Shown here: piece by piece, positions 1 through 12,700 of the stretch
Position numbering within the stretch: position 1 is the first letter of the stretch
Layout of the letters: every line of letters begins with the position of its first letter
NCBI GenBank assembly: GCA_030141605.1
Contig: JAQGDQ010000059.1
Location: 620,001-684,000, forward strand
DNA: 64,000 nt
From: Tubiluchus corallicola
Taxonomy: Eukaryota; Animalia; Priapulida
Direction of reading: 5' to 3'
Notes under the pieces: model-generated
What the model saw: only the letters and a program-made list of their open reading frames with translations
Told to the model about the DNA's origin: nothing
Databases searched by the model: none
Position numbers and translations under genes: made by a program

Positions 1-161
1 ACAGCAACATTACAAATTAAGAGTCAGATTGGTAAATCACTGCTTTAGCACATTTTTACTTCCTAAGTTGTCGTGTGTAATTGGGACCTATGCAAATATT
101 TCCCCATAACAAAGTTACTTCATGTGCATTGCTATACTTCTACGATAACGAATCTTTCTAG

Positions 162-421
162 GTAAAAAGTGCTTATTCTTCGAGGCTAACTCGTGGATGC
201 TCGGTATAGAACATTTTCCCGCTAGATGGATGAAAATGTGGGCAAGACAGCGGAAATTCCCAGAATGTGTTATCAACCACATAGAAGCAAAAGACATCAA
301 TGGACAAAAATTGACAGAGCTAGCTGCGACAGTAAGAAAAATCATGGTGGAATTTAATGTATCACAAAAAACAGCAATCATGATGAAGATCAAAATCGAT
401 GAAAATGATCCTGACTTTTAA
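162..421 (+). CDS. Putative 3'-terminal coding exon of an unknown gene with a SAM-like domain, nested antisense in ADSL intron 6; upstream exons would lie left of the window
   Basis: Acceptor tttctAG ends at 161. The frame is open as KKCLFFEANSWMLGIEHFPARWMKMWARQRKFPECVINHIEAKDINGQKLTELAATVRKIMVEFNVSQKTAIMMKIKIDENDPDF-TAA. The spacing W-x5-F...I-x4-INGxxLxxL resembles SAM domains. AATAAA lies at ~618-623. Confidence 0.5.
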
Positions 422-1529
422 GAGACATTATGAGGCACCAGCATGTTCATCTATATGAGAAAGAGACAGTCATTGCGCATGATACTACGGCTTATCATAA
501 AGTAATGTTACCTAATATCACACCTACATCTGACATAATTGACCTAAGCAACAGAATTATTTCAGATGTGGTCACGAGATGGTGCTAGAGAGCAGATGCA
601 AATACAGTATTTAAGTAAATAAAATTGGTACTCGATAAAAGGATCTGCTACTGTCTAAAGAATAAGTTCAAAATTGGACTATGAATGCTGTTTTAAAACT
701 TATACCATATCATGCTGCATCCTACGGGCTTTATAACTTAAAGCATTGATCTTGTTTTTCTAGGAAACACATGTTTTAGTGATTAATCTAAGGCTTTCAT
801 TCACTAAATAGTAAGAGCAACAATGCTTTAAGAGTGAAGACTGTTGGCGCATGCAATATTTACACTAAAATCGTTCTATTATTCACAACAAAATTTATGT
901 AGCACCAAAGAAATATCTGCAAAGATAAACGCCAAAAGAAATTAGGAGCTGTACAATATCTACAACGCAGCATATTTCAGAAGCCAATGCACCATTAAAA
1001 CATACAAGTAAGCATGCATACAGTTTAAACATGGGAACATATCCGATAGATAGGCCACAACATCGAGAATAATAGCATTTTTTATTTAATGCTATTTGAA
1101 CGCCTGAAATGTCAATAAACTTGAGATTTCTACAGCTTCGGATAAGATGCAATTTATGTACTTATGCTCAAGTTTCTCAAAATAATTTCAGTTCGAAATT
1201 GATGGTATGACAGCATGTGAAAATCGACGCATCACTTGATTCATGCTTTGCAGTATAAATTATCTTGCAAGAGTTAAAAGCAAAATTCGCAGGAGATCAT
1301 AATTCTCAAAAATTATGGGAGGCAATGAAAAGCCTACATCTGTCATCAGTTTTTTTAAAACTTAGGCTCAGTTTATATTGTCACACCTTTTACACAGAGA
1401 TCAATGACACTTCAAATCTGATGCAATAATCTTCAAGCTGACATTGTGAACTTTAAAAAAGCTTCGCTTCAAAAGTCCTGCCTGCAATTAAATGTTGGTC
1501 CATCTGAATGCAGAAGGGTGCTTTGCTAG

Positions 1530-1860
1530 CAAATTGACTGGCTGATTAAAAGGCTACACACTAACTAAATGACATGGCTTGATTGACTGTCTGACCTAGT
1601 AAATGACTAAGTTGTCTGACTGCTAGATTGTTGAATAATTGGCTGATAGCCAGATTAGCTGACATGATCAACTCACTTGCTAACTCAGCGCCTACTTAAC
1701 TCTACTTAACCTGATACTCTAATTCAATGACAAGTTGACTAGCTCCCACACATACGAAGTGACACAACTGATTTACTTCGTGAGTGAGTAATTAAGTAAT
1801 TAATTGAATGATTGATAACTTACTGATTTAACTATTCAAATCAGCTCAATTAATTATTTG
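1530..1860. repeat. Degenerate (GACT/GATT/AACT)n tetranucleotide low-complexity tract
   Basis: Recurrent tgactggctgatt, ttgactgtctgacc and taattgaatgattga units. Confidence 0.5.
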
Positions 1861-2094
1861 AATTTAATACTTAAATGTGATAGCTTTCCAGAATGTGGTT
1901 TCCAACTTTGAAAAAATAACATCGTATCTGCATTAACAGATTACAGCAGTCTGGTTTTTTGTACAAGGACATATTTAAGAAAAATGTGTTAAGCGTTACA
2001 TAAAATATAATTGTTATCTCTAGCCACTTCGTGTATATTTGCATCCATGTTTGCGTCTGTGCCTTATAAATAACTAAGCATTCAAAAATAAAAA

Positions 2095-2885
2095 TTTTTA
2101 CATGGGTTCGAAACAGGCATATCCAAAACTAGGATAGTCGAGACAAAAATCAAGACTGCTACCAATACTAGAACTTTTATAACCAAGACAATACCAAGAC
2201 CAATATCTACTAATTCACGACCACATTGTTTGAGACCAAGACCAAGACAGAAAACTATGCTTTCACATTTTTCACGTAAAACAGCTTTAAACAAGTTAAA
2301 TCCGCCTTTAAAATATTTTTGCATAAATTCTGTAGTCATTTTGCTGCATTTTATGGCAAGTAATATGAATAATTAACAAAGCGAGAATTCCGAGAGCAAG
2401 GAATTCCCAAAAGCATCGAAAACAGTCAAATTTGGTTGTTTTCCAATACTGTTTTCCAACACTGGAACACTTGGAACTGGAAGCACACAATTCCATTATT
2501 ACTGTACTTACCAAGACTTTGCTATAACTATGATGCAAAATTTCATATTCGTTCAGACTTTATGTTCTCGTTCTGATGGTCATGTATTTACTTGGCCGCC
2601 CACCACATATCTAAAAACTCAAGAAGTTGCCCAAGCAGTTTGTCAGCTAGTGTTCTGACAAACTGCAACGAGGTAATTCTATCTACTGAGTGGTAAAACT
2701 AATTGCTCTTTGTGCAATGTGGAATAAATTTTCAGACCAGGCATCAAGCCTAAGACCAAGGTCGATACCAGCATGTACGAGACCAAAGCAAAGACCAACA
2801 TGAGCAGAAACTGAAACTCATGGGACCGAGACCAAGACTGGCAAAAACTGGTCTCGAAAGCAAGACAGTCTTGTGGCACATGTCT
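2095..2885. repeat. Degenerate interspersed repeat with GAGACCAAGACCAAGAC subrepeats (probable non-autonomous DNA element)
   Basis: Clusters of accaagac/gagacc motifs at ~2130-2250 and ~2735-2870. Confidence 0.5.
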
Positions 2886-3721
2886 GACTCGAAATTGTTA
2901 CAAAACAATCAAACTCATTTTGTATACTACATGATTATATGTGTGCTTGCATAGCAAAATAGTCCATAAGTCGGCAACTAAGGTTTTCTAGTTAATCATG
3001 TGTCCTGAATCTCCATTTCGATACCAAATTCACCATTCTATGTTATTTCTCAGTTGAGATAATCAACGTTGAAGTTGAGGTACAGGCTATGCATTAAAAA
3101 ACATAATCTTGAGAAAATCACTGTTAAAGTTAGCCATTGTTTTTTGTCGCATTTCTTCAAAACACTTAGCATTCTTCAAAACACTTAGCAACGCACAAAT
3201 GCTGGTGGCTACGGACTTTGCAAGAGCACACTGAAGTTATGTTTAAATCCAGTAGATGGCTCCTCCCGACAAAGGTCTGGGCTTGGCAACAGAAAAAACC
3301 CACAGCTGCCAGGAGCTGCTATTGGAGTTTGAAAACAGGAGTTTTTTTTACAATTGCAGTACTAGTTTCTAGGCAGAAAGTGGGTAAGGAGTTATAAAAT
3401 TAAATTTTTAGTATTTTCTGAACACTTACTTAATAATTTAATGCTAGAATATAAAAGTCCAATATATTTAGCATTGGTTTTTACAAAATACGAAAAATTG
3501 ACATTTGACCAAATTTTTGGGTCATTCTATTTTGAAGCATCATACAGTAGTTTTAACTATGCCAACTTATGGACGGTTTTGGTATGCAAGCACACATATT
3601 GTGAATCTGTGATCAAAATAGTAAACTTTATGCTCGATTAAAATAAGTCGTAAACTTAGGTGAGGCTAAAAATTTAGAAATTTACTTATATGATCCTCAG
3701 CCAAGTATCAAACATGTTTAC

Positions 3722-6700
3722 CTTATGGACGGACACACCTAGGCTAGCAAGTACGCATAGGCTGTCAAAGTCATCTTTCCGACTATAAGTTTGACCACAG
3801 ACTTTTTCAACCCTATAAAAAATTGCAAAGTGAATGTAACTGTTGCATATGGGTAATATACAATCAAACAATCAGCATGGTGGCGACACCTACAATGCAC
3901 AATCAGCAAACAGAAATCATACCATACTAGGGAACATTCAGGCCACCACAGCAGGATATGTAATTACTGAATGTTGTAAATTGTAATTTATTGACCACTT
4001 CCATGTGCAGGTTTAATAACAATGCTTGTGCAATCAAGAAACATGCTTAAATATCATACACTGTGTGCCACATTATTAGGTCTATACTCAATGGTCCTTT
4101 TTCTCCATCAGTTTTGCAAATGCCTTGTAAGTAATGAGCAATACACATAACACCAGGCACATGGATTCCTAGTATTTAATGAGCTACAATTTTTGTTTTA
4201 TTTGCAATTCCTTGTCCTAAATTCAGCCCCTTCCAATCTTTCACTAATTTTTATGCAAAAAGAAAATCATCAATTAACAACTGGCTACGAAGACTTGAAC
4301 TAGTCAACTATTATCCCACCAGAAAAACAATAACTTAGGTGGTTTAATTTAGTAATTAGGCAATTAACTAGTAATTAGGTGAATAATCACTGGAAGATAG
4401 GGCAGATTCGATAATTTATGTGGATTACCGTAAGACAATGAATATCAGAAATTTTTTAGTCTTTTTTTGAATGCAGAAAAAACTATGTCTACACCCTGCT
4501 GAATATGGAATTTGTTTAAAGTCATATTTCTACAAAAATCCAGAAAGAACAAAGGCAAAAATTATTTAATGATAATTCAAAATAGCAATGAATGTCCACA
4601 ATCTCATATAAAAAGTAAAAAGGTGTTTAGTACATTTACTTTCCACAATGTTTTGATGAAAAATACAATAAGTGCTAGAAGGTTAAAAGATAAGGATAAA
4701 CCAGCATATTTGGCTGTATAGAAACTGATGTCATGATTATGATATTGAAAATGAAATTTGAAGACGATGACGACAAGGACAAAGGCAGCAATGATAACGA
4801 CAACGACGATGACAACAACAACGACGATGACAACAACAACAATATAAAAATAACAAAAAAAATGATAACAAATAAATTTTCAATTTCAGAAAACAGTAAG
4901 CACACATTCATTTATCAAAAAAGTTTCAATCGAAATACTATTATCTATTGTCGTTACTTTTCTATTGTAATGTCAGCAAACAGCTTCCTACAAATGTTCA
5001 AAAAATACGCCCTATTAAGTAAACCGAGCAGACAGTCTAGCAGTGGTCTGTCATCACCAACAATAACTTACTAAAGTATTCGAAATACGTACTTCTTGAA
5101 ACCAGCCATTTTCGTCACAAGTCCATCTAACATTTCAACCTAAAAATAATTCACAGTAACATTTTTAGTAAATACTAAAACAGCACATATATCAATAAAA
5201 ATATTGTTTCCTTCCCTAATAAAGCATAAAAGCAGGATTATCACTTGGATAAAACAATTATCATAGTGGAAAAGCAATTACTGTGGTCTTATTGTTTGCA
5301 CAAAGCTAAAGAAAACTAATAAAAAAGTTGGTTGGCTAATAATGGTTTGTCGGTCGCGGGCACCTCTGCTTGGCCTAAAATTAGTGACATCACAATGGCA
5401 GTCATATTATAAAATTCAACTTTGGCTGCATAATCTTTTGGCTTCATAATCATTTAAATGATTATTTGAGGTACTAAAGTACCAATTTTTCACAGCCGTT
5501 TTACTGGAGATTGATTTCGAAGCCAGGAAGGTACCAATGTTTGAAGTCTTTCAGCTGCTGTTAGGCAACTACCATCAAACAATTAAATTTTCTGCTGCAC
5601 AACTAGAAGTCAGACCTCACCAGCTGTGCAAGTTTGGGTGGAATCAAATCCACATCCTCTGAGAAATAGCATGAACAGTCAGACATATAGAAAGATGTAA
5701 GTGAGAATAAGAGCCAACTGAGTTGAACCATTGAACCAACAACAGACTTGCCAAAAACAATGCCATACAATAATCACCTTGTCAGCATTGTTGTCAAACA
5801 ATGCCATAAAGCTGGCTTGAGTTCCTGTTGTACCCTTTACGCCACGGAATCGAAGCTCATCTTTGACACGTTCCATATTATGTAAATCTTTCAACAAGTC
5901 TCTTATCCATAAACATGAACGCTTGCCAACTGTTACTAACTGTGCAGGCCTACAGAATATGCAGCAAATTAAAAACTAATACAGCTGCTTCAACTTCTAA
6001 AAAATTAATTATAAGGCACCTTTAAAAGTTCATCACACATTCTCGTTTTGGGTTAAGTCTTGAAAAGTTCCAATATTAGTGATTTAAGAATTTCAATTTT
6101 TTAAGCTGTCCAGCATATTTGCTTAAAAGTTAAACTTTTGATTTAAAGTAAATTAAATTCTGTTTTGCTCAATTTAACATGTTAGCACTCATGACTTTAG
6201 CAATTCATCATGCATGGTTGATTCAGATTTATGTCAATAATATTAATTATTAAATAGTTTATCATAATCAAAAGTACCACATAACTGAATAATAACTGGA
6301 CAGAAGCAATACATTCTCTAGCATTTATTGTAGTAATTTCAAAGAAATTTTAAACTTCACTCGCACTTATTTTTCACACAAGCAAAAATTTATTTACTCA
6401 TGACTCAAAAAACAGTGCAGCTTATGCCACAGAGAAATTTGAAAACAATGATTATAGTTTGTCAGAAAACTTCTTGCTTACCAGCCATCCTAAAATCATT
6501 TTTCTTTGCAGTTTTATGAACATTTTATTCTATTCGATAGAACTTACTGTAAATGAGTAAAACCCAAGCAAGGCAAATCCTTGTATTGGTCTGCAAACTT
6601 GCTTAAACGATGTATGCAACGTGCAACTTTTGGTATAAGGATAACAAATGCATCTCTTGTCATCATAAGATCCTGAAAATAAAAGATCAATCATGCACTA

Positions 6701-9700
6701 GCTCAGTTCAGTAGAAAAAAACATGATGCATACTCACTTAAAGGAAAACCGATTGATTATTTAAACTTTTAATTTACTGTCTAAAATATACATTTTCTTG
6801 CCTATAAAGGTTAACAATTGTTTCCTATATTTGAGTAATTAGCTTAGAAAGTTAATTAATGGTAATTGAACGCAGCTATTGCTTATGTCAGAAACTAACC
6901 ACAGTTTGTGCAATGATAAGCATCTTCCCTTGCACGTCAAGCACGTTTGCGTAAGTGTTACTGTTTAAACGCGTGATGTCCCGAAAATGGGCTTTAAGTT
7001 ATATGACAACAGAAACTAACACTGCAGTATTGTGATAATGGTTATCACAGTACTGCCTTCTATTTGTTGGCCACGCGAATGTGACAAAAAAGCGCCGCTG
7101 CCAATCTTAGTAAATTCACTGAAAAGTGTGTAGCTTTGAAAGTTTAACGAAATTTGAGTATCCGAGGTATTTATTATTTAATCTAAGCTTTGATTTAAAA
7201 AAAAAGCTATTGCTGTTTTCAATATTTTAGACTATTCTTTATTCTGAACTAATGTTTACACAATCATCCGGTTTTCCTTTAACTTCACGTCTATGTTATT
7301 CTTTTATATTAAACACCAAAGGGAAAAAATTACAAAATAAAACTCAAAAATAAAGAAAATTTTTGTTAAATTTTAAGTAAATTTATGTTTTACTAATGGA
7401 CCTGAACACAAAAATATTTAATAGAACATGTCAGAGCAATTTAAACTTTTGCACCATCAACTCCGACTACTTGTATGACTGTCTGATGAACCACATCAGT
7501 TTTTTCACAGTTGTTAAAAGCGTTGCAACATTGTAACCATTCAGTGTCTAAATAAAATTCTATCGTTTAGCAGACATATTTACCAGAATTAAAACTGCAC
7601 GGGAATAAGAATAAACATACCCCATTTAAAGAGAGAAGATCCAAATTAAATTCTTCATGTTTATATGTTACAGGCAAAGTATGAACAGCATATTCTATAA
7701 AATGCCTAGGCAATGCAGCTCATAATTTTTTCTACAAAAAAATGGATTCATGCCAACAGTAAAAGTTAGTGATCTCCCACAATTTTTTAATAAAAAACCA
7801 CTAACTGAAAAAAGGTTACACTAAATGCAAGAACATTAGTACTTCCATTTTAGTTGTGTTTCATATAGGATGGACACAGAAACACCTAACTACTCCGTGT
7901 TTAAAATGAAAGAATGATTTTACACTGAATTAGAAAAGGGCAAGCAAATAAAGCAGTGAACACTGTTTTCACAAGTGACATCATTTAATTAACCATGTAA
8001 ATGACTCTATCATCAGGACGAAAATTGCAGTTTTATCATTAGAATGCCTATGGTGCATGACGTTATGGTTGTTCCAACAGAAGAGCAATTATGTATCACC
8101 TGTAGATGGGAAATACTGCTACAAAGTGAATTGCTTGACATATTTTGTGATACACATTGCAATATATCGATTGTGCAATCCCATAATTATTCTAAAATCG
8201 ACTGCTATATTATTTACTTATTGACACTCAGTTATATATTTCTATATAAGTTTTTTAGGATAATATTAAAACAATTAACTCGCCTGTTCACTTGAAGTCC
8301 TTGCATATTAATTTAATACACCGATTAAGCCCTTTTACACATTCTATACGATTCCTAGTGTTGTGCAAAAAATCTAGTAAAAGTTGGATTTAACCCGAAT
8401 TACGTCCATTTTATACTTTGCCAAAGTCACTTTTGCATCCTGTATAGATCCTAGCTAAAATATAAAATGTCTAGGCAGTGCTGAAAATGCTGCAACAAAA
8501 ACATCTATTCCACACTTTTCCGGAAATGTATAGGCGTTGTATAAAACGCCTAGGAATTTTATAAAATGTCTAAATTTTACATATTGCCATAACATGTACA
8601 CTGCTACCATTTCCGAACTTCTCTCAAGCACAGTTAGAAAAATATAAAAAATAGAACGGAAAAAAATCATTTAAAAATGTTTTGAATTTGCTGGAAATGG
8701 TTATTAAATTTAAAGTAACATAGTTTAGTAAAAAGTAACAACATTCTATTTCATCCATCCTACTTGCCCCCTTCAATGAAACTTCATTAATATTTGTAGT
8801 TCAATGGCAGTTACTAGGAAACCATCATGTTTGCAACATTTACTAACATGACTTCAAAGGGTAGCCTAATAAATGAGCAATAAAGGTGGCGAGCAATCAA
8901 AAATGCCATTTGACGTTCTGTTCTGACAACAGAAAGCCATTAACGAAACAAAGCAGTTGGCCTGATTGTTTATTGATTACATGACTACAACATATAGGCA
9001 TCAGAGTTCATTTCAATACATTGAATAATAATTACATTGACTGCTTAAAAGAGCTACTGTGCACCCATTTGCAGCACATATTGATTTTTTCTGCAGCTGT
9101 TGTCAGGTACCAATCATAGGTAAAACTAAAAACCGAAAAGTAATGAGAACTGAGCACTTTATAATGACTACCAAATAATGTTTCTGTAACAGCTATTTGG
9201 GGTAATAACATGTTTTGTGGAAAACACATTAGTTATTTGTAATGTGAGTCAACACTCACAACTCACAGGTCATATCTCAGATAGCTAAACGTGACAGTTG
9301 CAAAAGTCCTGCCAATTATAAATTTAAGAAAAACATTTCAACAAGCTAATTTTGTCAAACTTACTAATCTTATAGGGATAGTTGGCAACTTGAGATAGCA
9401 GTAGAAAGGTCAAAGGTCAATTATAATTCAAAGCTTTAAAGAATTGAGCAGGCAGCTCAATGTCAAAAATAATTTAAAACTCCCAAATTGAAGTAATGCG
9501 AGTACCAATAATAAGAGTTTGTGCAAGTGCTACATACACATAGATAGCCTTGCAAAATGAATTTTGTCCCTGTCTGTCAAATTACATACATGATGTGCAG
9601 AATGTTGAAACTACATAAAACAATTCAAAAGTACACAATCAAAATACAACTTAAAAAGACAGGACAGAAGAGCACCATCTGAAGTCACAACACTGAAGTC

Positions 9701-12700
9701 TAGGTTGCCTGCAGTCCATGGCTGCTTCTGTCATGTAAGTATAGATTTTAAATAAGCTCTAAATTATGATATATTGCAGTAAAGCAAAACTGGATAAATT
9801 ATGGCAATAAAGCAGGATATCCTAATGTTCAGAATATGATTGGTATTATATTCAACATAAAAAACACGATGACCTCTATAGGATCAATGATTATATATTA
9901 TTTCAGAAGGTAGATATATTTTTTATGTTAAAGATGACAAGTCTCAGGACAGCTCTCTCTCTCCCATATTTTAAGTCCTGGTGTTAAATGCAGTTCATTC
10001 TTTATTTCTACTCTACAGACAGCAGTTACTGAACTGAAGTGTGAATAAAACTCCATTAGCTACTTACCGTGTTATCTCCAACATAAGCAGAAGTTGCACC
10101 AAGGTGTATAATTGGTGCCGCAGCAGGACAGCACCGAGCAAAAGTATGCAAATGAGCCATTACATCGTGTCTCCGCTTTCTCTCTTCCTCTGCAGCAATA
10201 TTGAAGTCAATGTTGTCTAAATTTGCCTCCATCTCTCTGATTTGTTCTTCTTTAATGTCAAGGCCTAAAGTCTGTATGAAATAAATTGTAAAAAAGTCAA
10301 AATGACAAAATTAACAAAGAAGAAAGTAATAGGCTACTTTGCTCCGTAAAAAAGTTGCATGTATGCTATTGATGATGCACACATTTACCACACAATAAAG
10401 TCTCAATTCATGAAATGCCAAGACCAACTTCTAATTAAGTGTATTAGCCAATGCTAAAAATTAATAACTATTTATTTCATGGGATTTATTGATCGACATA
10501 TAAAATCTGTTTAGTTTAAAATTAAATCACTATTTTATGAGTCACACCTATGGTTTGTGAATACCAACGAAGGGATGGTTTAAAGTCATTGTTTTGTGGC
10601 AAGCCTTCAACAAACTGTATAAAAGCTGTGTAAATGATGAATGCATCAAAAGTAGAGCTCTTATTCTTTGTAGTCTTAGTGGGCATTTCACATTCTGTGC
10701 TAGTGCAGTAAACAAATCTTACGCTTTGCACCGCAAATCTTTACTGTAGAAAGGTCGTGTCAGGTAATGTGAAGTTAAAATTCTAACTGTTAAATAATAA
10801 AAAACGGCTTAAACTCTGACAAGCATACATACTATACAATCTTTGCAAGAAAGCAATTTGCTTTGTACTATTTGTTGACCAAAAAAGGTGGGCCTAAGTT
10901 TAGTCCTACAATTTTTTTAATCAAAGTTGTACATCACTCTCCTTGGTCACTCAGTTATTGTGCCAAATTCCATTATAGCTGGCCACAGCGATTTGGTTTG
11001 GCTGGTTACATGCAACAAACAAATAAATAAAGCTATTTTGGTATTATACAAGAGATATAAATCAAATACGACAAATATGAATTGTCCTGAGCAGAATTTA
11101 AATCACAAACAGACTTAAACAAATATAGTAAAACATGATGTCACTGGATGTCATTTAAATTTCCTACGCACCAAAAAAGTAATCTGAAAAGTTTGCCATG
11201 TATGCCCAATATTGTAGCTTTTGTGGCTCAAGTCCATGTCAAGTCTATGGTTACTACGGCCCAAGTCCAAGTCACTATGCTCAAGACTAGCGTAAAAGAA
11301 AACTTATCTGAGCACTAACATGGTAGCCAACATGTGAACATGATTAATAATTTAAAAGTTCCTAGCAATACAAAATTTTAGAATAGCTCCAAACATGACA
11401 ATCATCACTATAATTTGAATGCTATTATAAACACGTCTACTTTCTCTATCTTTTGCCGAGATTTTACGTGCATATGTCCATAGCGATGCCCACCTTCATT
11501 TTCACCACAGCACATTTTCATCAACCAAACTGAAGCCAATTTATACTTGATGAGTGCCACAAAACCTCAACAAAATGATCAGCCGTGCTACCGAACAAAA
11601 TTCTGAATAAACTAACAAGATCAAAGCCGAACCAAATTTTTTACCAAAATTGAGCAGAATTTTCTTGTAATTGAAAAATAATTGTAAATTCTTGTAAAAG
11701 AATTACAAACTCTGTAATGTTTTATCGTTTTAAGTTAGTGGTTATTGGTGTGTAAAATTGTTACCTGTGTAAAACTGACTGTGTTTTTATTTAATGGTTA
11801 AGCAGTAAAGCAGCCCTATTTCCTTCAAAAACAAAACTGCAATAGTACAAATGTTCACTAGCTCGAGCTCATAGATTTCGTCGTGTATAATATAATACAG
11901 CACCGCCAAGACACTGAGCATTTACTAGAGGTAAGTATCGAATGTAAAATTATAGATTTAAATAGTTCATCACTTCAACTACAAACATTCTTTATCATTA
12001 AAACTTTTGAATCATCATGGAATCAGGACAGTTAGCTGGGATTTCTGTGCACAATTATTAAACAAATTATTACTGTTTTTACTGTAGACAGTATATATGT
12101 ATAACATGATCACATGATTTATATATACATTATTTATTCAATTGTTAGGTTATCGTCTCAAAGCACTCTGATCCTTTTTTCTTTATTAATTCTTACAAAC
12201 CTCATTTTGTTTGTATTACAGAGACATGGTTATGCACTGATTTGGACGACTGTATTTTTGTGTCTAAGTGGATGTAGAATATTTAGATGTGATAATCTTC
12301 TGTACTTCCAGATGTTTCTAAAGGAGAATGTATGGTATGTATTCGAATTTCTTCTTACTCATCTTCCTTGATAATTCTTTGTGCTTATAGACTTCTAATG
12401 CATATTATATCGATACTTTTGGTGTTTCCGAGGTTGATGTTCTTGTGTTTAAGTAGCATCATTAACAATTAATGTTCTAGGTTTGAGGCAATTGGTTGTG
12501 TTAATTTCAATTTTCCTTGCATTAATCCTGATTCTGTATCCCAATTATAAAGCATATTCTTGATTTTGTGAATAACAATTGATTAATTCAATGTGTTAAT
12601 TTCCCTACTCTTCAAAACGAGATCTCATACTAGTTAACTGCTTTGAAAGTATTTCAGAAGCTAAGCATGTCCCTTGTTTTACTAAAAGTGGTCATGACAC

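Noticed and set aside
903-1006. Plus-strand AG...GTAAG exon-like segment
   Set aside because: Stops in all three frames; no support as a coding exon.
3153-3190. 19-bp tandem duplication ttcttcaaaacacttagca x2
   Set aside because: Ordinary slippage duplication in an intron.
4675-5074. D/N-rich and L/S-rich ORFs
   Set aside because: Microsatellite translations inside an ADSL intron.
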